Part shown: one piece after another, positions 50,773 through 61,189 of the stretch | Layout: every line of letters starts with the position of its first letter | Position numbering within the stretch: the first letter of the stretch is position 1 | Assembly (NCBI GenBank): GCA_028023455.1 | Contig: JAQFVV010000005.1 | Location: forward strand, 7,440,001 to 7,504,000 | Source: Epiperipatus broadwayi | Lineage: Eukaryota > Animalia > Onychophora | Length of the DNA: 64,000 nucleotides | Direction of reading: 5' to 3' | Program-made: the position numbers and the translations under genes | The notes under the pieces: generated by a model | What the model was told of the DNA's origin: nothing | What the model saw: only the letters and a program-made list of their open reading frames with translations | Database searches by the model: none

Positions 50773-51059
50773 TTTGGGGAGGGGTTCCTGACAGAGATAT
50801 TTTAAGTGCTGGCTCTGGCTAAGCATTTATCTCAAAGCTTGTAGAGGGATTGGCAATCCTCATTGATTATAACTTACAAGTTTAAGAAATAGTGTCATGT
50901 GATCTATGACTTTTATTTTGACTAATAGAATCTCATTGAATTATATTTTAATTTTATATTTGTTTTTATAATGTGTTGAGTACATATGTGCACTACTTTT
51001 AATAATCAATAAGTTACTTTGGCTATCAATATAAGAAGCAAACTATCCTTTTAGTTGTT

Positions 51060-51900
51060 ATTGTTTTATTTATGTGTTAGTTAATAAATATATGTTATAT
51101 AGTGCATTAAATGCCACAAAAGGCATTAAATTTTTAGGTTTAACAATTAATAGAAACAAAAACAACTTGGATTACAAAATAATGGTAAAGCCATTGGAAA
51201 TAAGAGATGCAATCCACCCACAATTAAAAATCCTAATCTCATACAAAGTGGCAGGATTTAAAAGATTCCTCAATAGAAACCAAAGACTTTGCAAATATGA
51301 AGCAGAAACACAATATTAAAGTGTATGTGAAAGACTTAACCTGCATGGGTTTCAGCTAAGGACTTAACAAAAAAATTTAAAAGTTTTATCATGAAAATAA
51401 AACAGTAAGATGAAAACAACTTAAGGAATGCAATGCCTTACATATCAAAAATGGCAGCTAAAATGAAGAAATACAATGTTAGCTCAACAGACTGATCAAC
51501 AGTATCAAAGACAAACTACAAAAAGAAAAAATTCACAAACAGTATATGAGGTTCAATATAACAACCAGAATACACAGCAATACATTATGGGGAATTACTG
51601 GTTAACATTACTACAAGAATACATCAACACAAGTATCTATATAAATGGGCCAAAAAAATCCAAAACATATGTCTGTGTTCTTAGGTCATGAAAAAGAACA
51701 CAAATACTACTTTAATACACAAAATGTCAAATTAGTAGTCTTGGAACATGATGGCAGAAAGAGGAAAATAAAGGAGACTTTGTATATTGCGAATGTTATA
51801 AACAAAAGAGTTAATGACACCCAATTATATATACATCAATTAAAATTGGATATAATAACATACCTTTGTTTTTTATTACTAAAACATATATTCTAGTTAG
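51060..51900 (+). mobile_element. Decayed Penelope-like element: RT thumb region plus GIY-YIG endonuclease
   Basis: IKFLGLTINRNKNNLDYKIMVKP..IHP (cf. FLDxxIxR...VYRKP...HP); NSQTVYEVQY..QQYI; HKYYFNTQNVKLVVLEHDGRKRKIKETLYI..IN (cf. FDxxNVKIL..E...RKIKEALYI). Confidence 0.75.
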
Positions 51901-53073
51901 AAATACTTTTTAGTATCTTAAATATGATTCACTTAATACAACTGACTATATGCTTCTAATAGTTTAATACACATTCAAACTTAATCATCAGTATATGTAG
52001 CTAATGAGAATTAGTGACAATTATAATTAAGTGCAAAAAAGATTTACAATATGATATCAATTTTATTAATATCAATTATCTGAAAAGTTGGTACTGCTGT
52101 CCTTCCATTTCATGTTTGCTAAAGTATTATTTTCGATACTAAATGCATTCATTTCTCATTAATAATTTGAAGATTTTTGCAGTATATAATAATTTGTCAT
52201 TAAAGAGATTTAAAGTGAAAAATAAATTAATTATTTTTTATATATAAAAGTTTGGATTGAATTCTGACAAAATTTCAAAGATGACTTAAAATTTTCATGA
52301 TCATTAAACTTACTTATTTTAGTTTTAAATAAATTAATAATAAACAGCTATAAGATAAATTCAAAAAAACAAATGAATATAGCTGATAATTAAATATCTT
52401 GTTATTTATAAATACATGAAGAGTTTAAACCAGTAGTACATTGAGAAACTCAAGAACTAGATTCCTGGGAAAAAATCCTGAACCAGTCACTTCTGATGCA
52501 TGAACGTAACATGATCTATCAAGCAAGTAACTATTTGATTATTTATATATTTAAAAGTATAGTTATTTGTCATGATAAGTGTTAAACAATAATATTACAC
52601 TAAAGTTTTAATAAAAAGCAAAAAAAAAACAAACTTACTATATGTTATCAATTGAAGAACAAAATGGCGAATAGTAGACTAGAAGAGGTGAATCTTTTCA
52701 TAATATTTTTTATACTGATAAAACAATCATATGTGATGTAAACAAAGAAAAACAGCTATTTTTGTTAATGTGCAATTGCAGTGTTGTGTATTTTGGTTTA
52801 TGTAAAAAAGTGTGAGTTTTAAATAACTTCAAAATATAAAAATATACATTTGTTTAAAATGTTTTATTATTTACAAATTATTTTCTAAATCAATTTCTTT
52901 TTTCTAAAATAAAACTCATATTTCAAATTACAATAACATTGAATCCAGTCATATACATCTAATTTCACTTTTTTTTAGCAAATTAAGAATATTTCCATAT
53001 AAGATTGATTAAACAATTTGATTCTCTGAACCACTATATCCTAATTAACATAAATCATTAGTTAGTATCTTAC

Positions 53074-53113
53074 CTGAATTAACTCCTTGCACAGAACATC
53101 CAATTAATTGGTG
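53074..53113 (-). CDS. Candidate 40-nt internal coding exon (HQLIGCSVQGVNS) of an unidentified gene
   Basis: Strong pyrimidine tract ctttccatttttgcttatttgcAG, donor CAG|GTAAGA, only one open frame. Confidence 0.5.
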
Positions 53114-54642
53114 CTGCAAATAAGCAAAAATGGAAAGCGAGTAACCCATTAAGTATTCAACACAATCCAGGTATTAACCATTTTATTTTACAATCATACA
53201 TTCCAAACTTCACACATTGGAGATCATGTTCTTAGAGCTATAGGGGGTTCATTCTGCATGTTGTGTGTGACACTAATTTGCATAATTATTAGCATGTGTT
53301 ATATAAAACAAGATATTATGACTACATTTATGATATAATTAATTAGTGTATTTTTACAAAATGGAAACGTATTATAGACTATACTTGCTTTAGTATATGC
53401 ATAAAATAACCATCAGACAAATTAAGAAGTAATAAAAATAATTTATTAATAGAAAAAAAATAATTTGTTAGAGTATTCTTTGTAGATTCCCTCTTGAATA
53501 CTTCTCAAGTTGGATATCAGAACAAAAGTTCAAATCCTTTATAACTTTAACTGCTCATTATAACTTCTCCCATAAGTATACATGAAAGAAAAATTATTGA
53601 TTTCAATGCAACTCTCCTTAAAATAGTTTCATTCATGAACAAAAAATAATGTCTTATTTAACAATCTCAAATTTCAACTTTCATTTTATATTCCTTTATG
53701 GTTCATTATATCTTTATTTATTTTCTTGAATATTTAAAAATAATATAAAACATTATATTTTTTTCCTTTAGATTATCTTACTGTTATGTCTTGAAAGTCT
53801 TTCTTCTTCCTTTGAATTTCTTTCTTTTAATTATTATCACACAAACATTAAATATAGTTACACTAGTGTTAGTATTTTATTTTGCTTAAAACAATAAAAA
53901 AGATTTCTTGGCAATTTATCTGAGATTCTATTTCTTTTCCTTCCTAGAAGCTTCTCATAGTTGACAGGAAAAAAGTGGGCAATGCATGGAGGATAAGAGC
54001 TGATGTGGTAGTTGCTTCATTCTAGTGCTCCATATTAAAAAATATCCAAATGTAATGAGTATTTCCACAACTTCTAATAAATCAAAGTAATTAAAATAAA
54101 AATTGACACTCTTTGTATAATTTTTAATTTAATAATTACTTCTTTTTTTCTACTCCTTCAAACAAGAAAGAGAGAGAAATATCTCTTTTATATATTATCA
54201 ACTTCATTTACATACAAAATCTTTTTGCTTTTTTTTAATTATAAATTTTTGGGATTGTGTCCTCAATGAATTTATAAAGTAATTTGTTTTCTAACGTTGG
54301 GGAAATTAATTAAATGAATATATCCACACATATTTATTAACTAAATAAAATCTTTATTCACACAAATATTTTCTGTGTATGGATATTTCATTCCTCATTT
54401 ATTTATTTCCATCTTGTATATATATATGTGTGTGTGTGTAAATAAGCACACCCATACTATTTTCCAAAATATAAGCACAATGTAAATTTGGCATGACTAT
54501 GACTATGGTTATAATATATATAGATTGTAACAATATAATTATGACTGTAATTAATATAATTCAAAAACTAAAAAAAAATTATTGGCTTTATTTTTATGGT
54601 TAAGCAAATATATTAATCACTATCGTTGGTTAAATAGCAAAT

Positions 54643-56263
54643 CATCGTCATCATCAACCATTATCAATCCACTGCAGGGATGGTCTCTCCAAGTTCAATC
54701 CGTGTTTTCTGATCTTTAGCTTCTCTTCACCACATTACCCCTGCACACTTTCTCATCTTATCCATCCATCTCACATGTGGTCTCTTTCTGAATCTTTTAC
54801 AATCTCTTGGAGTTCAGTTTAAGACTTCAATTGTCCATCTATTATCATCTCTTCTAGCAATATGTCCAGACCAACTTCACTTCAATCTTTTAATTTTTTC
54901 AATGAGGTCAGTAACACCTGTTTGTTCTCTTACCCATACATTGTGTTTTCGATCTCTTCTTGTTACTCCCAGCATGCATCTTCCATACTTCTTTGAGGGG
55001 TCTGAAGTCTCTGTATTGCTCTTCTATTAAGTGTCCAAGTCTCAGATCCATAAGTAAGAACTGGCAAAACAGATTTGTTAAAAACTCATTTTCAAACACA
55101 TAGGCATATTTCCTTTTAGAATCAAGTTATTTCTGCCTAAAGCACTCCAAACAAGTTTAATTCTATGATTAATTTCATCCATTATGTTTCCCTCTGTATT
55201 AATAATCCGACCAAGGTATTTGTAACTGTTAACTTCTTCTAATTTATCATAATCAATCTTTATTTTCATATTTTGAAAAAATCGATTAAACATTACTTTA
55301 GTCTTTTTAACATTTATCTTTAGTCCTATTTTCATCTGATAACTCCTGCAACATTTCCTGCAGCTCTAAAGCATTATTTGCAAAAACAACTACATCATCT
55401 GCAAAATCTAAATGATTTAAATAATCTCCATTTACTTTCACTCCTTTAGTTTCCCATTTTAATCCACAAAATACTTCTTGCAGCACTGCTATAAAAAGTT
55501 TTGGAGATATGGAGTCACCTTGTCTTACACCCTTCTCAATGTTGACTATCCCAGTATCATTATGTAATCTAATTGTTGCTGTTGCATTTTTATAAATATT
55601 TTTTAAAATATGACAATATCCTGGATTTATACCTTGATGATCCAATGCTTTAATCACTGAAGAAATGTTTATAGCATCAAATGCCTTTTCATAACCTACA
55701 AATCCAAAACATAATGGCAACTCATATTCATTTGTCCTTTCTATAACTTCTCCCAATACCTCGATAGGATCTACTGTACTAAAACCACTTTTAATTCCAG
55801 CTTGTTCTCTTGGTTGGTGGAAAACCAATGTTCTCCGTAGATGAGTTGTAATTATCTTGGTAAAAATTTTGTATAAAACTGATGAAAGGCTGATAGGTCT
55901 GTAATTTCTAATATCTTCTTTATCACATTTTTTAAATATTAATATTATTACTGCATTCTTCCAATCATCTGGTACATCTTAATCATTTAGACATGTGGTA
56001 TATAATTTTGCTAAAAAATTTTTTATTTCTTCACCTGCTTCTTTTAATACATCAATTATAATTCGATCATTACCTGCAGCCTTTCCTTTCTTCATACATT
56101 TACTTGCATAACTCACTTCTTCATTTAAAAAATAAAGAACAAGTACCTCCTCGAAATGTTGTGTAATTACTAACCTGTATTGTATATTTGTGTGTTATTA
56201 CTAACAAGTTGTTTGTATTTGGAAAGTTTAAATAAAGTACCTCCTATATCTATTACATCTTCC
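54643..56263 (-). mobile_element. 5'-truncated RTE copy with short 5' inversion
   Basis: Highly similar to 38570-40060; perfect 11-bp TSD aaatagcaaat at 54632-54642 and 56264-56274; multiple frameshifts. Confidence 0.93.
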
Positions 56264-56949
56264 AAATAGCAAATAATACAATCAATATCAAGTCCAAGAG
56301 TCTCTCAGATTAATGCTTAAGAAAAAATATAATTTCATAAAAGATTTTAAAATGTCTTTTTAAGCTGGTTTTATAATCAAAGCTTATATAAAAATATATT
56401 TGTTTGTACTGCATTTTTATCATTATTCTTATTAGGGGAAAACATTATTGAATTATATAAACAAATAGATACATACACATATGAAACAAATATTTTGATA
56501 AAAAATATAGAATAGTAAATCTGACACTATTTTAAAAGCATGTAATTACACTTAAGATTACATTTTTTTAAACTAAAAAATAGAGCAAACAGTTTTTATA
56601 TTTTGTGTGTTTGCATCAAAGTTTATGTATTTTAGATTTTCTAAAATGGGTTTTAGTTTGATAGAATATCCATTTGATAGTATAATTTAATTAGAAGAAA
56701 AGATCAATTTAATGGGATAACTATCTAAGAACTTTCAGTTTTATAATTTATTTATTTTAAATAAGTGATTGTAAAATTATTTTAAACCTGTAAATAAAAT
56801 GAAGTGAATGAAAAAGTTTGAAATTATTATTTCTCTCTTTTTCCATCTTCATTTTGAACAGCATTCATAAAAATGACTGTTATTTCAAAATCAGATAACT
56901 TCCATCATCTGCCTTTGTAATAACCTTGGCAATTTGCCTAAATTTTCAT

Positions 56950-57450
56950 GGAAAAATAAGAAAACACCTATGCATAATGGGAAATATGACACAATCCCAA
57001 CATCAGCTGATTGTCAGTTATAAATACTAGTGTTTTGGAAAAAACACCAGTCAAAAACTATGCAGATTAAAACTTTAAAATAAACAATTTGTTTGTCTTC
57101 ATCAATCATGGTCGAATAGACTAACCAGTCTGCCTTAGCTTTGGAAAAAATGTCTTATCAAATTAGGAAAAGAATGAACAACAAATAGACAAGAAATTAT
57201 CATTGGTTATTATTTCAAGAAAATCTCATTTATTGCAGTCAACTGGTAATGGAAATTTGATAAATTTACTCTTGGAATATAATCCCATTACTTCAATTAA
57301 ATTGGTCTTTTCATTTTCATGTAATGGTAAATCGCTGATATAATTATAAAATTACATTTATTGACATTAATCAAGTTGCTTGTATCTACTGAAAATAATG
57401 GTGAAGCAACTTTTCACTTCAAAAAGTGTGAAAATTTTGTTTAAATGCTA
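56950..57450 (-). pseudogene. Possible remnant of a hAT transposase N-terminus (ZMYM1-like/TTF zinc finger)
   Basis: Minus-strand RHF..DWLVYS...VYF resembles RxWLVYSxxxDxVFCF; otherwise heavily decayed. Confidence 0.35.
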
Positions 57451-58435
57451 TAGATTGTCTCATCATAAATTATTGAAAAAGAAAAACTAAATAATAATTT
57501 TCAATTTAAATATATTTCCATAAACTTTGTAGCTTGGAGAAATGCTGAACTTTAATTAAAAATCAATGAAATCATTCTGCTTATGGGTTATAGCTTATTT
57601 GCTCGATCATATATAATATATACAATCTGAACTATTTAACATCAAGGATTAAAGATTGATAAAACTAATGGAATAATAAAATACTTCAAATAAAAAAAGT
57701 GCTAAATGCCAATCTTTTGGATATAAAGTTATATCTTTATAAATGGTGATTAAATTGCTCTGTATAATAAACTATGAATTTGTTCCCAGTGCTTGAGGAA
57801 ATGGGTTATGGATGTTAAATATTTAAATACCACTAATAGATTATCAATTATTGATGCAAATATTGAATATTATAAAAGACAAATTTATCAGCAGTCATTA
57901 AAAATGGATTAATGTGTGAAATAAAACAGTGGATTAATAAATGTGTTAATAATTTTATTCATCTTTATATTGCATTCCAGTAAGAATTAAATTACAAAAG
58001 GAAAATCATGTATTATATCATCTTTGATACTTTTATTATATTTCCATGAATTCCCAATATCTTTGAAATAATTTTACAAGTATAAATATTTCCTTGGGAT
58101 AAATTTATTTTTAACTGTTGTAACAGAAACCAATGGATCACTGTTTCTTATTTAGTGAGTTAGTTATTATTATCTAGCCTTAGTTTAAACACAAATCAAT
58201 TTATACTTAATTAGTTCCTTTAGAAAAAAATATTACATTAGAAAATATTTACTTAAAAATTTATTATGAGTAGTAGCACTCACAAATGCTGAAATACCCT
58301 ATGAAAATTATTCATTTCAAATTTTACATATTAACATATAAATTAGCATTAGTATTTATTTGATGTGGAAACAGAACATATATGCATTGCTAGTTAATTT
58401 GGTAAATGCACTTCATTATAAAATATCTGTCTCAC

Positions 58436-58490
58436 CTGATTATCTTTTGCTCTAGTCAGAAGAACCAATTTTGGATTCAGACCACCCCAC
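58436..58490 (-). CDS. Weak candidate 55-nt exon (WGGLNPKLVLLTRAKDNQ)
   Basis: Donor CAG|GTGAGA; ends in phase 0, compatible with the 53074-53113 exon; acceptor lacks a pyrimidine tract. Confidence 0.3.
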
Positions 58491-61189
58491 CTTTTGTTTC
58501 ATTATAATATATATATACTTATTTGCTTAATATCAGATAATTTCTATATTTATTAACAGTTAAATTTTACATTTCATGCATGCACATTTCATGTTTTTTT
58601 AGAATACTTAAATAGAAACAGATTTTCAAGAGCCGCCCCATTATATAAGTGTGCATAAATGTTATTTGAAACATGCATTTCTCATCATGCTGCTAATACA
58701 TTTTAATTTGCATTAATTCAATTTTCTATACACATTTGTTTTCTAATCCAAATAATTTTTTTTTAATTAAAAAAAAATGAAAATAATATCTGAAAGTTTG
58801 AAATATTTTTCAAGAATTCATTCATAATAATGGGCAATGCAAAAATATTTTCAAAGAAAAAGGAATATAAAACTTTAAAGTGCTGAAAAAATATACAATT
58901 TAGAAATTACCTCCCACTGATTCTAAGCAATTTAGATGTCAAATTATTATTATTTGTTGGTTATATGGATGGCATCCTATTTGTAAATTTTGCATTTAAT
59001 ATACTGGAGAAACTTACAAATGCTTTCTTCCTGATAGATTGAAATAATGCTTTATAACCAATATAAATAACAATTGTCAAAATCATTACACAAAATAAAA
59101 AAAAAAAAATGACTGCAAAGAAAAAAAAACATACAAACTTTTTTTCTGAGTGCTTTCAACTATAATCAGCAAATAAAAGAGATTACATCTAGCTATAATA
59201 GTTTGGTTTTCACAAACTTATAGCTATTAATTATGATATGTGATTACAGTATATCACTCATATCCCTTTTTTCAATATTTGCATAATTAAAGTAGAGGAA
59301 AAAGATTATGAATCCAAAAAAATTGCAGAAAGAGTGGAATTAAAGCACCTTTGACTTCAAGAAAATATTATTGTAATATATTTAAATTTCAGGGTGTGAT
59401 TCAAGTATAAATATTTAATAAGCTAATTAATATTTTTATTATTATTGTTGCTCATTTCTTCGTGAATGATATCATGTATATAAAACATAAAAAATACAGT
59501 AATATAGAGAGTAATAAGAATAAACCTTTTAAAAAAATTGAACAAAACAAAAAATGCCAGCAATCTGTTTATTAATGTAATAAGAAACTACATATACATA
59601 GGGAAAAAATATTAAGTAAATTACATTCGTAATTAAAAAATAACTTTTACAGGTTGAATCTAGCTAATGCATACATGATGAAAACACTAACATGTATACA
59701 ATAGTTTGATTAGAGATCAATATTATACGATTTCATATTTACAATAACAAATACTTATAACGCGATAAAACGATCAACAGATTTCGAGTTTTCTTAAAAT
59801 TTAATATTAAAGCCTTAAACATTTTCAGATTGAAGTCCTATATATTACGTACCTACATTGATATCTTAAATTTCTTTTATCATTATAAAAATAATATCGA
59901 GTTCCAATAAAATATTTATATTTTTTCAATAAATTGGATACATTTTAATTAAAAGTTATATTTCACTTAAACATTTGGATTTGATTTCTAATAATAACAT
60001 ACAGGTTAAAAGATATTTATAACTAGTAAAAGACGCAAAGTACAAATAGAATCTCATCTAAATTTTGAAAGAAATATATTTTTAATAAATTAATTAAAAT
60101 TAACGGAAGTAACAACACAAAAAATATTGTAATTAAATGACGTCAAAATATAAAAGAATACGTTGCGACCTCTAGGTTTAAAATCCGCATTAAGAATATA
60201 GATAGTTTTTTTCTACGATAAATATTATTTCTTCCCTTGCTCGAGTGAAAAAATTAAGTTTTCCGTCACATAGGTAAGACGCTATTAACTAAAAGTTCTT
60301 GAGTTATATAAACATTTATATACAGAATAAGTTATTAATAATATATTTTATATTTACGCGATTATTCCTGTAAAGAACAAAGATTGTTAATAATAGAAAT
60401 TTAAATCATCTTATTTTTGTAATATTATTTAATAAGATTATAAATATTAATTCTTATTAAGCACAATGTATTAATAAGATTATGTATTTCATTGAGCTAA
60501 TTGAAATTATAATTGTTTAAAAAAATAGAGAAGGCTCGATCAAATTGTTATGTTTGGATAGATGTGAGCCTTCAATTTATAAATCTTGTTATGAAAGATC
60601 ATCAATTTTATTTATCTATAAATTTAATGTATCGTCTTTTACCGCTGGCAATATAATATTATAATATTGCTTTATACTGACATTTAAGATAAAGATGAAT
60701 AACAATGAATTTTTATCTAAGAACGGAAAATATTGGGCAAATATATAGTGGTAATAATGTAAATTATATTACTTCAAAATTTTGATTTAATAAATCAGAA
60801 AAACAGGTTTCTTGTTTTTGATATACAGTATATAGTATTTAATGCAGTGAAATATATTTTTAATCTGAATAAAGCAAGAATTAAAACATTGGCGCTACAC
60901 TGCAATTGAAAACTTACAATAAAGTGGCTAACAGGTTTATCTGGGCATAATTGTTGAGATATTCTTGACTTCGTTTAAGGAGAAGCCATAATACATCACG
61001 CTAAGTATATTGTATTTGTTTTATAATATATTATTGCGATTTGTTTCATGCGAATACGATTAATCATCTGAGAGCATTGATATAAAGACTGATTATTGTG
61101 TATGAAAGTGTAAATTGTGATCCAGAGTGTGAGTTAATTGAAATTTGAAATATTGAAAAATTTTTTTTAAATGCTAAAACGTTTTCGTT

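Larger units (their letters stand above)
50100..50920 (+). mobile_element. Family B: near-dimer of a 422-nt HHR-containing unit (retrozyme-like)
   Basis: Direct repeat period 422 (50099/50521; 50315/50737); 10-bp TSD actaatagaa at 50090-50099 and 50921-50930; no coding capacity. Confidence 0.92.
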
